DNA of 63,839 nucleotides, the filler included, from Dicyema japonicum (Eukaryota; Animalia; Dicyemida), in the NCBI GenBank assembly GCA_011109175.1. It is 8 parts of 8 records of this genome, joined end to end, with 100 filler letters (N's around TTAATTAATTAA, not from the genome) between each part and the next. Parts side by side here need not be neighbours in the genome. Positions count along the whole stretch, not along the records: positions 22,984 to 38,677 come from RDEW01000121.1; 7 more parts are not named here. One strand, given 5' to 3'. The translations under genes and the position numbers were made by a program. Positions 24,615-36,038 of the stretch are shown piece after piece (the first letter of the stretch is position 1; each line of letters starts with the position of its first letter). The notes under the pieces are model-generated. The model was not told the origin of the DNA and did not search any database. It was given only the letters and a program-made list of their open reading frames with translations.

Positions 24615-24849
24615 CAGTGGGGCAAAAAAGTCATGGAACGCTTGCACATTTTGACTAAATTTAATAATTCTCCTCAAAAAATAATATTAAATACTGTAGT
24701 TTAAAAATGAAATTAGAAATATAAGACATTCTAGATTAATTGTTGAAAAAACTATACTAATTTGAGTTATTTATCCTGCAATAATTAGCGATTTTTTTGA
24801 AACAATCAATTTATTGAAGGAAAAAAGTCATGAAACGAAATCAAATTAN
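24615..24849. mobile_element. Tc1/mariner terminal fragment inserted in the hAT subterminal region
   Basis: TA followed by CAGTGGGGCAAAAAAGT; host motif accaataaaca resumes after the single N at 24850; other end not seen. Confidence 0.55.
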
Positions 24850-25148
24850 ACCAATAAACAATTAAATGGACAAAATGACCAATAAACAGTTTAACTAAAA
24901 AGTAAACATCAAATATTAACATATAATCCATTAGTATCCCTGTCACAATAGACCAGTAAGACATAAATCAGACGTGAAAACTATCTAAAACAAATAGGAC
25001 ACAACATCAATAACTCATGTGAGTAGAATTGACATTTCCGACAAATTTTTCGACAAATTAAATTAGGTTTCAAAAGTTATTAAAGAATGTGTTTGAAAAG
25101 TACTTTTCCTCACAACCTAGAGATGATAATAAGAATTTTTAACCAAAC

Positions 25149-25446
25149 TATGCAATATTTTTGACATTTTAGGACTCGTTTCCAAGTAAGCGACACTACT
25201 GGAAATGCACACTGGGGGTATTTTCGTGTGTGCCTACGAATACTATCAATCGCAATTTAAAATCAGTTTTATTCGTCTTAACGAACTATAACAGCCCTAC
25301 GCAATATTTTTGACATTTTATGACTCGTTTCCAAGGACGCGACTCTACTGGACATGCACACTGGGGGTATTCTCGTGTGTGCCTATGAATACTACCAATC
25401 GCAGTTTAAACTCAGTTTTATTCGTCTTGACGGACTATAACAGCCA
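25149..25446. repeat. 149-bp tandem duplication (2 diverged copies)
   Basis: ta(t/c)gcaatattttt gacatttta..gactcgtttccaag..ctactgga.atgcacactgggggtatt... starting at 25149 and 25298. Confidence 0.85.
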
Positions 25447-26285
25447 TAATCCCCATGGTGTCGTCGGTAGAGTCCCCCAACGTGCGCATTTTGCCAGACA
25501 ACAGCGCGGTCATAACATCCGTCTCCATTCTGCATGGATTGGATTAGTTGGATGATTACCCAAAGTGATAGGTCAATGTTGTACGGACTGAGTTGTGCTC
25601 GATTAGTCCAGACTATTGTGTGGCAACGATTCGAAGGCAATTGGCTCGCAGTCCGCTTGCATGTTTCACAATCTTCGGATCCCCCAATGATTTTAGTCTA
25701 ATGAATAATTTCTCGTTCGATATTTAATTTATTAAATGATATTCTTATTCCTCGAACTTATCACTTCGTTAAATATTTTCATTATCACCACACTTAAGAA
25801 TCTGATTTTTTAGATATAGAATAATTTCTTCATAAAAAGATTGGAATCTCTGCATAATCAAACGAAAATCATTCCTGAAGAGTCGTTCTACAATGGGATA
25901 ACACACCTGGTCCCTAAAAAAATGGTTGTCACACACCGAAAGACCTACACCCTATGCCACCACTTAAGTTTGTCAATCCAAAACTTGCACAGAATCCACA
26001 GATAAAGTTAGAGTATTTAATATCAGTCAATATTTTAGTCATTTGATTTGATTGACGAATACGGCAACCCCTTACTTTGAGCACATCTCAAACCTGCAAA
26101 TGTTAAACAAAAATTACCTCAGGAGAAACAATGCAATTTTAAACTGTATTTGTCGACTTGAAGGAATTAAAAAAGAAAATTAAAAAGACAATCGCTTCTG
26201 TCAATATTGTTACAGCAAATGTTAAAAGCAGAGTTGATACGTCGACTGATACGAAGGTCCAGTTCAACAAACTGAACATTTTTGA

Positions 26286-28300
26286 TTACAACAAATTTAA
26301 AAATAAGACGCATCTGTTACTGGCCAACTTTTGGAACTGCCATCCGGCGAAAATATCCCTATGAACGCTAAAAGAGATATCCTGACGGGCCCTGTAATGG
26401 AGATATGGAAGAAAGAGAATTTTAGAAGGAGAGAGGTTACCAAAGATTTGTTTTTTTATATATGCATTATTTGATTGCCTGNAGATGGTTGGTACTAAAA
26501 CACCCTCCATAATACTCGATCCAAATTTGTTCAAATTTGACAGTGAGGACACTACTCAACGGTTCTAAGCCGAACACGAAAAGCAACGTAGACATGCTGT
26601 CGCTCTGTAATATGCCCCTCTCTAGCTTCACCTCGTCTATCTCCCATTTGTTGTAGTGTAGATGCACATTCCACCTGTCCATCACAGTTCCAACAAATTT
26701 GATAAACCACGAAGGCAACTTGAGTCTTCGCAGGCACTCAACGAGGTAGGCATGGTCAACCGAGTCATATGCCTTCTTCACATCCACCCACATCGACACT
26801 AGTGAGTTTCCGTGGGCTCTCGCGAGGCATTTGTTGACCAACTGGTGGCAATTCCTCGAGTACCTAACGACAGAATCCCATTCACCTCCACAAAATTTCT
26901 GACCTCAGTAGCCACCACCTTAGTCATCAACTTGTACAGGTTGGGCATACAGGTTATCGGACGATAATCTGTCGGAGCGGACGGGTTATCTACTTTAGGA
27001 ATCAAATAAGTGACCCAGTACATAACCACTCTGGAATCGAACCAGGGTCAAGTGTAAACTGTTCGATTGCTCGACACATGCAATCATGGAGTGGTTTGCA
27101 ATTTTTTATATAGAAATTATACACTTTGTCAACCCCAGTTGTCTTGCAGTCAGAGAGATGGGTTACTGCGTCATCGAACTTCTTGCGGATGTCAAAGACA
27201 CCACAAGACTCGGTCATCAAAGGAGCATCGGATCCACAAAATAGAAACAACACACCCTTACGAGAACGTACTTTCCACATACTCTCCCATGTGTAAAACA
27301 TTTCGGCCTTTTGCTGGGTACTCTTCTTCATCTCTCTGTGCAGCCGCCGACAGAACATTCTGCGATTAAACTCGAACAGGTTGTTCTCTCGCCTGCACTG
27401 GCACCGAGATTCGTGAGTTGATAGCTTCTTCTGATAAACAAGAATCACCTCCTCCCTCTCTGTCCGGACACGCCTCAACTCATTAAGGTCCCATTTGGCA
27501 GCTCGTGCTCGACAAAGTACAGTACTCACCAAGGGAGGAGTCTTGCCATTGACCTCATCGTTCACATTGTGAATGTTCCCAGTCAGCGCTTCCAGCTCGG
27601 TCTTTTTCGCAGCAATCTTTGCGGCAATGTTTTCCCTCCATCCACTCTTTGGCCAAGGTTTCTGACCGATTTCTTCATAGATTGTCTGTGCCTTGTAAAA
27701 ATAGAGAAAAATCTCTTCCATTGTCTCTGGAGCCTGATGCACAATCACGTAAGATATAACCTGGTTGATGAAACTCGGAACATTACTCCTGAGTTGCCAC
27801 CGAGGTTTTCTTCTGGTCACTCTGCAGTCTGCAAGGGAGACAACACGATTTACAGTGATGTTCATACTAAATACCTCCTTAACCTACAAAAGTAGCGATA
27901 ACTCACTACTCTGGTGGTCGCGTTGTTCAGAACACGGGGGGCATCCTGACGGCGTAACCGCAGCGCCAGTCCTCCACCGCGAGCCAAGGGGAATGGTCTT
28001 AGCCAGCTTCTTCAGTGCATTCAGCGACAAGTTCGCACTAAAGCGTCGATTGAAGCACTGAAGAAGGGTAGGCCATCTATTCTTGGGCATTCTGGAAGCT
28101 CTTACCAACACTTGGCAAAGAGAGGATTTAACGCAGTCCTCCCGGGTCGTGCATTCAGTCCCTTCTGCGATGGCAAAGACGATATTCTGTCCATCGGAAG
28201 TCTGCATCTCCGATGCGGTTGTCCATCCTGCTCTAATGAATAATATTGTTGTTATTCTGTTTTCCAGGTGGAGCACACATCGACATATAAACACGTTGCA
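26286..28300 (-). mobile_element. R4/Dong-like non-LTR retrotransposon, 3'-truncated and frameshifted
   Basis: RRENNLFEFNRRMFCRRL, GVDKVYNFYIK, TYLIPK....P.DYRPITCMPNLYKLMT, WVDVKKAYDSVDH.YL..CL and RGILQSDSMS.LLFV. Confidence 0.85.
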
Positions 28301-29160
28301 TTGCTGGATAAATATGATAAATTAGTTAATGAATAATCAACCACATTAATGCAGGGAATACTAAGAATCCCCACATGACAGGACTGGGAGAAATAATTCT
28401 CTGAACTCCCCCATTCTACACAGAAGCTGGCCATTCGAGACTCCAATTTGGGGTTGACAGTCGAGAAGGTCATTTTAGAGAGAACCAGATCCTAATGAAT
28501 ACCACACATTTTAAAATACGTAGTGAGAAGCTACGTCTGATTTTTGGAAACTGAAAAATGGCATTTGAGGCATGGAACTGTTAGAACAAGATTGTTGCAG
28601 ATATTTTAAACCGTCTCGACGTGCAAATATATTCACGTAGCGAAGGTTACTATGCAGACCTCTAATGATTTAAAATATTGAAATGTACATTAAGTTAAGT
28701 CATCCAACCGATCAAATGACTTGTTTATAATCCTCCTTCACGAGTCTCCATCAATTCGAGAATATTTCTTCATTAAAAAATGTGACTCCATTTTTAATGT
28801 TAATAATTTATGAATGTCTCGTGACATTTCTCCATTGAATTAAGAGTTGTACAAAACACTAATTTAAAATAAGCCATTCTTTTAAAAACTGTTATGTTAA
28901 GTCATAGTCACCAAGGATCACTGAGTGGACAGAAAGTAGGGCAAATGGAACCATTATAATTAAAAAATGTCTCTTACTGACATTAGGAATAATCGAGTCC
29001 TGGCTGTTTCAGGTACTTTAAAAAATGATATTTGGTTTCTTGTTTTAATAACTTGATTAAATATAAACTCAGACCAAAATAGAATTATTATTAGAAAATC
29101 ATTTCTTTATAATTTTAAAAATAAATAGATTAATTTTATATCTTTGTTCGTCGTTGTTGT

Positions 29161-30437
29161 ATGCCTCAATCATTTGGGACGAATACATATAATCGAGCAA
29201 ATTGGGAGGATTCTGTATTTTTAAGAGTTTTAAATTATTTTCAGGCACTTCCCGTGCTCTGCGAAACTTGCCTGGGCGACAATCCTTACATGCGAATGGT
29301 AGTACTCTCAAAACAGACATTAGATACGGTACCCATACGGAAAGGCCTGTAAGATATGCAATCGACCATATACCGGATTTCGGTGGTGTCCCGGAGTTGG
29401 AATGCGCTATAAAAATACAGAAATCTGTCAGGCTTGTTGTAGGCTCAAAAACGCCTGCCAAACCTGCATATTAGACTTGGAATATGGTAGAGTGTTCCCT
29501 ACTAGTCTGCAGGTCTGCCAATACAAGTGAGGGATACCGCCCTGCAGATCGAGGACACCGTGGCCAAAGATCCGGTGAATAAGGATTACAGCCTTCAAAA
29601 ATGTGGACCAAGAAAATAGAAAACACGGCATCTGGGGATCAGCTGACCAACATGGCCTCAGGAAATATAAAGAATGCCGTGCTAACCCAAATGGCCCGCA
29701 ATGTTCCCTACTACCGGAGAAATAGACCTCACATCTGCTCGTTCTGGGTGAAGGGGGAGTGTAAGAGAGGACAAGAATGTCCGTACAGACACGACAAGCC
29801 AACGGACCCCGACGACCCCCTCAATGACCAGAATATAAAGGATCGCTACTATGGGAATGCGGATCCCGTGGCCGACCGACTGATGAAGAGGAATGCAGCC
29901 TTGTTGGGACTGGAGTGTCCGCCGATAAGTCAATCACGACTTTGTATGTCGGGGGATCAACAGTGAGATCACCGAGCAGGATATTTTGTTTGTGTGGACT
30001 TTATATGTATTTTAGTGACTTTTTCTACCAATTTGGGGAACTTAGGAGTGTCAAAGTCGTGCTCTCCAGTCTGTGTGCGTTCGTGCAGTATGCTACACGG
30101 GAGGCAGCCGAGTTAGCGGCAATCAAGGCGTACAACAACACGGTCATCCGAGGACGATCTCTGAATGTGCGGTGGGGGAAGGCGGAGGCTGAGAGGGGAG
30201 CAGGAGTGAATGATTTGAGCGAGAATCCTTACTTTCATGTCCCTGTTCCTGGGCTGGCTAATGGTGTGTGTAGTTTGGTATTGTTTAGTCCTTCCACAAG
30301 TGCCTAAGGAGTTGCACAAGTCGTTGTTTGGCGTGGAGTTACCTGAGTCTGAGTTTATTCCTCCGCCACCCCCACCCAAGAAACAGAAGATACACTATTC
30401 TTCTCAGGACCCTACCAGAATGGGTTCGAAAACTTAA
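29161..30437 (+). CDS. RBM22: Pre-mRNA splicing factor RBM22 (Slt11/Cwc2 family)
   Basis: [74 protein letters not shown], an RRM and [11 protein letters not shown]. Introns 29215-29244, 29299-29323, 29487-29512, 29988-30015, 30264-30288; four homopolymer indels. Confidence 0.97.
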
Positions 30438-30439
30438 TA

Positions 30440-31150
30440 AAATTCTTACTTTTTTAATTTTTGAGTTCATTTCGTCTTCTAATTTATCGAGGGTAGTGTA
30501 TAGTCACAAAACCACTTTCAGTTATCCAAGGTTCACTGGAAAACCCGCATTAGTGGGTTGACATGCGAATGTGTCACAAATGATTGAAACAGAGTTCAGG
30601 AAAACAATCAGACATATTCGTCCTCGATATAACACAAAGCACAATTCCACTGAATCACATTTCTACCTTAAACAAGTGAAGGTAAATAAATTCTTTAAGT
30701 ATGATATCCGAAAAGGCTAATTCACAATCTAACAGTAAAGGTTGTTCATCTAATCCTGGTAGATACTGCCAGCATGTGGAATCAATTAAACTGCCCTTTG
30801 CACGCAGTCAACATTTTACAGCATTTTTCGTTGGGATCAATTGACTTGGGTGGTTTAATTGGAATTATGGCGGCGTCGTTGAGCTGACCCTCAGGCTCTC
30901 GACTATTCTCTGAGTTTCTTACTGGCACCTTATCTTGTTTTCGGTCTATTTATTATTATAACCAAAAAAAATTGGAATTATTGTTCCAAATTTATAAAGG
31001 ATTGAATTGTCAAAAACAAATTAGAATTTGAAATTTTTATCATTATTAGTCGGATTCTAATATTTTCAGATCACAATGTATGTTGTGAACAGTACCTGAG
31101 TTCTTTGAAGCTGGTTTTATTATCTAATTGCATGCAGGCCATTTTGTAGC
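30440..31150 (-). CDS. Possible unidentified spliced gene convergent with RBM22
   Basis: Protein-like open stretches (EPEGQLNDAAIIPIKPPKSIDPNEKCC; GSLIDSTCWQYLPGLDEQPLLLDCELAFSDIILKEF) separated by short GT..AG candidates; no family recognised. Confidence 0.25.
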
Positions 31151-31523
31151 ATAGCAATCGAATCTTAATTTTATGTTTTTAATATTAAAATCCTTAATTC
31201 CGAATCTTAAAAACTCGTCGTTAAAAGTTTTTTTTTATAAAAACTCCCAATCCAGAATTGCATTCCAATTGATAATATCTGATTAATAATCATGTATTCA
31301 GTTTTCAAATAAAATCTCGGCTTTTGGCTAAGAGAAACCACTGATATGTGAATATAAAATACATAAAAATTTTACAAAATTTGTAAGTAAAGAGTAGTGA
31401 TCCAACAAACAGACATTGCTAAGGAGTTATACTAAATTGGCCTAAATAATCTTTTTGGAGACAAACTAAACAAAAATTGATTATTCAAATAAATAAATGT
31501 TTGTTATTTAGTATCGTCTAATC

Positions 31524-31910
31524 CAGCGGTTCTCAACCTGGGGTCGATTCGACCCCCAGGGGTCTAAAATCAACCCAGATCGATCGTAAGGGGTCGAAAA
31601 TAAATTTAATAATTTTAATTTTTCTTCATTTTAAATTAAGTTAGTTTATTTTTTAAGTGGTAAACCTTTGTTTTTTCAAAAAACATCAGTCACAAGAGTA
31701 CCATTGGTGTTTAATTGTTTTTTATTATAGATTTATGCTAAGATACTAACTTAATGTGAGTTTTTTTTGATTTGATTATTGACAATGAATTTATTTTAGA
31801 TAGTTAGTTAACTAATTTTACTTAGAATTACCTGTTTTATATAAAAAGTTTTAAGGGGGTCGAAAAAAAATCAAGGGGTCGACGAGTAAAAAAAAGGTTG
31901 AGAACCCCTG
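31524..31910. mobile_element. hAT Charlie/Buster-type MITE (387 bp)
   Basis: TIRs CAGCGGTTCTCAACCT and AGGTTGAGAACCCCTG; perfect 8-bp TSD GTCTAATC at 31516-31523 and 31911-31918. Confidence 0.93.
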
Positions 31911-32119
31911 GTCTAATCTATCATAAAGCATATTAAACAGTTATCAAAGAGAATCTTAATTCATAGCCTTATTCAAAACTGCACATCGACGCAAATCTGA
32001 CAATAAAGGACGAAGAGGAAACACTACATTATTCAGAATATATCGAAACACTTTATAGGCAGTACATAAAACAAAAAATTGTTCAAATATAAAATGTTTG
32101 TACGATTAGCACATATGTT

Positions 32120-32803
32120 TTAGTGGTAATGGAATTTCATATATGCCAAGAATGCATCCCAAAATGTCATGACAAAGTGATAAACAAAACTCTAAATTGA
32201 ATAGAGAAAAAATAAAAATTTATGAATTGCAACGGAGGCCAAAAAACAAGATCAGCCTAAAGGACTCAATCAAAAAAAATACAAGTAGAATAGGCAGGAA
32301 CTTCACCCTCAACTCTTCTAGGATAGTCTTCAACCGTTGTCCCTCCAACATCCCCAATCCTAGTCGGGATTAGTCACAAAAATTAACCAATGAAAAAAAT
32401 TGTTATCAAAATGGGAGAACCAATGATCTGGTCGTAAGCAATTTTTTTAAAAACGGTTTTGACGGTGACCAAAGGAATAACGGAATCAAGATAAAAAATA
32501 CCAATAATGAGAAACAAGTCCCAGGAAACTCCCAATAATGAACATATTTTCTAAATGAGGATAAAGTTATACTGCTTCGTTGGATTTGAAAATCGTAGGT
32601 GTAAAAGTACTGAATTAAGGAATCGCCGAGAGTCTGGATTGTCCCGTATATGACAACGTTGGTTATTAGCAGTTTATTAGAAAATGATTTATGATATACT
32701 GATTTCAAAATATTCATAATTTTGGTGGGGATTTGTTATTGTGAAGAAATCGGGCACCCCTTAGGACGCCATTTTTTGTTAGGTGTGATAAAAATAAGTT
32801 CAT
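32120..32803 (-). CDS. MPV17L2: MPV17/PMP22 family mitochondrial inner-membrane protein, MPV17L2-like
   Basis: LLITN.....TLGD.L.Q, MF.IG..LG...HYWY..LD, KKI.YDQ.IGSP, GLG.LEGQ, ADL.FWPP.QFINF and WDAFLAYMK. Introns 32551-32572, 32360-32387, 32257-32282. Conserved ATG at 32717; possible upstream ATG at 32803. Confidence 0.85.
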
Positions 32804-32916
32804 GGCCACTCCGAATAAAATTAATTGTGCGCACAAACTCAACCACGTTTTAACAAAATAAATTACTTTAAATAAAAAAAACGATTGAATTAAAAACTGA
32901 ATTAAAAAAAAATGAA

Positions 32917-33135
32917 ATGTCAAATTTAATTATGTTCGAGGCCGACAAGTTCGAGCACGGAAGGAAATCCCCCGCATTTACTGCTCTCTTCACGATGTCG
33001 ATGCACGGGGCTGGAATATTCCCAAAACGAACCTCAGACAGACTCCAATCCTCGGGGACTCGTTGTCCTCCAAGTCCGGGGGACAAAGGAAACGCCTTAA
33101 CCAGTCACCAGAATGCTGTGCATAAAAAACTGTAA
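32917..33135 (+). CDS. Small unidentified ORF (72 aa)
   Basis: GC-richer island with ATG and TAA between AT-rich flanks, like neighbouring exons; no family recognised and strand uncertain. Confidence 0.3.
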   Translation: MSNLIMFEADKFEHGRKSPAFTALFTMSMHGAGIFPKRTSDRLQSSGTRCPPSPGDKGNALTSHQNAVHKKL

Positions 33136-33310
33136 TTTATATAAAAATATAATTGAATATAACTTTAATCCTTAGTTGTTTTCAAATTTTGGTCACAATT
33201 TAAAAGTTCGAAAGTAGTAGAAAGATCTATTTCTAAATATTAAATAATTATTCTTAATCTAAATAACACGAAAATTATTTTTTAAATAGAAAACTATAAA
33301 TATTGGCGTA

Positions 33311-33527
33311 ATGGACAGCATTGACCCACGTTGCAATGATTTAAAGCAGACCTACGACAAGTGTTTTAATACGTGGCTGAAAGAAAAGTTTTTGATGGGA
33401 ATTTCCGAGGACGCCTGCGCTGAACAGTTCACTAATACAACGAATGTGTCATGGTGAACTGGGTCGTTGATTTTAGAAATATATCAAAGATAAAAATATT
33501 AATTTGAATACTTCTGATAATAAATAA
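33311..33527 (+). CDS. TRIAP1: TRIAP1/Mdm35 twin-CX9C mitochondrial intermembrane-space protein
   Basis: MDSIDPRCNDLKQTYDKCFNTWLKEKFLMG...C.EQF.KY.ECV; 23-nt intron at 33454-33476; one missing A at 33434-33435. Confidence 0.9.
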
Positions 33528-33635
33528 TTTTTTCAATCATGCTATTTCTTAATTTGTCTGAATTCAGTAGTCATTAAAGTTAAAATTCTTGAAAAACTTG
33601 TTTCCAATTCTTTGTTTCCTGCTTTTAAGAAAATG

Positions 33636-34951
33636 AGCATCCAAAATGCGGAAAATCGGAACATAAAAAACTGTAACTGTCAAAAATTGTTTCAAATGCG
33701 ATTTTAGCTCGTATTAGCTGATTGTTTAAGAATAACGGTAATTAAACAAAGGGAGATGAGAACCCTTATGCGGATTGGTAAGTAATTTCCGTGGAAAATA
33801 GCTAAGGAGACACGTTGAAATAACCAGCTGGTCTCCTTGTGTTCGCATGTTTTTTGAAATGAGAAAAATCCACAAAGGTCTTCGCTCCGAGAATACCGCT
33901 GTGGGTGTCAACCAGAAGACTTTGCAGATGGCCGAGTATTTAGCGATTTTCAGTTTTTTGACGTCCTGGGTCGTGGAGCCGGGGAGCAGGCAGGGTTAGT
34001 CAAAGGGGTCTCCTGACAATATCGTTCAACAGGGAGTGCCCGGGAAAATCTACCCACATTCAGTTTGCAAAGAGAAGGTGAAGTTCCTTAGAGTCGACAA
34101 CTTTCCCGGACCGACAAGCATGAGGCAGGCTCAAATTTAGACCCAGACGATTTTTCATTTAAAAAGGATCCGGTGGAGGCCAAAAGGACAGCACCGAGTT
34201 AATAGCCAGAAAGGCAGTGTTCAAAGCAGCTAGATCAAGTTGGTCCGAATGGGAGCGGGAGCGTAGGGTTTTCAGAACAGATGTACAGTCAATTGTATTT
34301 CACGACGAAGGCAAATCCCGTCAATTGCATTTCACTCCTTTTGGAAAAAGTGTTGTTTAGGCAACAAGACTGGTCGAAAACAGTAATAGCCTGGCCAGCT
34401 CAAATATCCCCGAAGGCAATTCGTTGGCAAAAGTTGGTCAGGGCCACCAGAAGTTTTTTGCCGCCTCGGAGTGAGAAGCGAGGTCAAGTCTCTGAGATGG
34501 ATTGTTTGAGCTTGTCAATCCCCCACTACTGCTCAGAGGAAATGACTTTAAGGTGGAAAACACATCGACAGTGAAAATCACGAAACCGTCCGTGGGAACA
34601 ACTGAGTTTACAGCCTGAAAGACTCGGATGTTTGCTTTTTAGTTTGAAGAAAGCATTCTCGAAGGGGGCGACGGTGAAATAGGAAGAGATGGCACCCGCA
34701 GTGCTCCTGATGTCTCGTGAGAGAGTTTATTACGGATAATGAGCATCAAAGAGTGAGAGTTCAACCGACCCGCCAGAGTAACAAAGGGAAACTCAAAAAT
34801 GGGGAATGCACGACTGTGCCAGGGCAGGACAACTTTCAGCCGGGGTAAGCAGGAAGAGGGATAGAAGAAGATCATTTCCAGAACGGGAGACAGTCGGACC
34901 TAATTTTCGAGAGAACCAACACAAGAAAGGTAAAAGGCACAACAAGATGTA
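33636..34951 (+). CDS. Probable multi-exon gene of unknown function
   Basis: About 1.3 kb GC-elevated block with donor/acceptor pairs (gtaattaaac..gag, gtaagt..aaatag) and a K/R-rich C-terminal frame SRKRDRRRSFPER...HKKGKRHNKM*; exon structure unresolved. Confidence 0.35.
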
Positions 34952-35099
34952 ATTATTTTTTGCGAGTTTTCGAGAATTAAGCTGATGTAATGTGTATTGA
35001 GTATTCAAATGACAAAGTTCTTGTAAAAATTAAACCATCATTTTCGCTTGTGGAGAAAATATAGAATCAACGATTATCTTACTTAAGACACGTATTTCG

Positions 35100-35300
35100 G
35101 GGGATGGTATAGAAAAGAAACATCCTGCTATCTGCGTTTACTGGAAAGAAAAACAAGATAGACCAAAATAAGTTGGACATCAAAAGTCGTTAAAACAAGC
35201 CGGACATCATTTTTTGTAGCTTGTTAAGGACAGGGATTCGTGGAGGAATTGGATCAATAGAATCGCCAATGCGCCAAAATCGGCTGAATATGGCTTAACT
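35100..35300 (+). mobile_element. RTE-like LINE 3' remnant (second family)
   Basis: LVKDRDSWRNWINRIANAP resembles RTE C-termini. Confidence 0.45.
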
Positions 35301-36038
35301 TATATGTGTATTACAAAATAGTGAAATTTTCTCTCAGTGCATCTAATCTTGTTTCGGACTATCATTCAATTAAAAATTTATTCATTAAAATAGTGAAAAG
35401 AATTGATTATTCGGGTTTCTTTAAGCGTATTAATGTGTAATTGGAACTACTATTTGTTTTATTTAAAATTGCTTAATTGGCCGAAATTATGGCATAAAAT
35501 GAAAAATTGTTGAATTCATGCTTCATTTGGCTGCGCCCAAGTCGACGTTAATATACAAGTAGATAATTCATATTACGTATATCATGTTTATACAGTCCAT
35601 TTCTTTACTTTTGTTCTAATCTTCGCCCAAAAAAGTAATAAACTACTTAAGGACTTGTAGACTATACACAGCCACAATCTCCACCAGGTAAAACTACTGT
35701 CATACCAACGTGTAGACATTCCACTGTGTCCTATTTCTACTCACAATTCTGTTGCCGTTGGTATTATCTGCCAATAATCACTGGGTATGGATACAGGATT
35801 AATAAACATGGTTATTCCTACTAAACATACAACAGACGGCCGGGCGAACTCTTCCAAGAGACATATGAAGCAAGAGAATAGTCCCAGAGTGCAAAATAGT
35901 TTGAAATATTTTAACAATATTTTTAGAAAAAACAATAATTCATCGCTGTGGGTATTCGAATACATTTTGTGACTAAATTGACGCCTATAAAATGCAAGTA
36001 AATCAGATTCCTTTTTATTTTAAATTCGATTAAAATAA

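Noticed and set aside
25149-25446. CRISPR-like array (also 19167-19354 and 60374-60984)
   Set aside because: These are whole-unit duplications with no repeat-spacer alternation, no cas genes and a eukaryotic context.
29611-29620. AAA-TAG in RBM22 as Euplotes-style programmed frameshifting
   Set aside because: Two separate single-A removals give QNVDQEI, which matches the human QNMEREI better, and other genes show deletions as well as insertions.
35700-35972. Small hydrophobic ORFs downstream of G-beta
   Set aside because: Compared mentally with TMEM14, MPC, V-ATPase e and Got1 with no convincing match.
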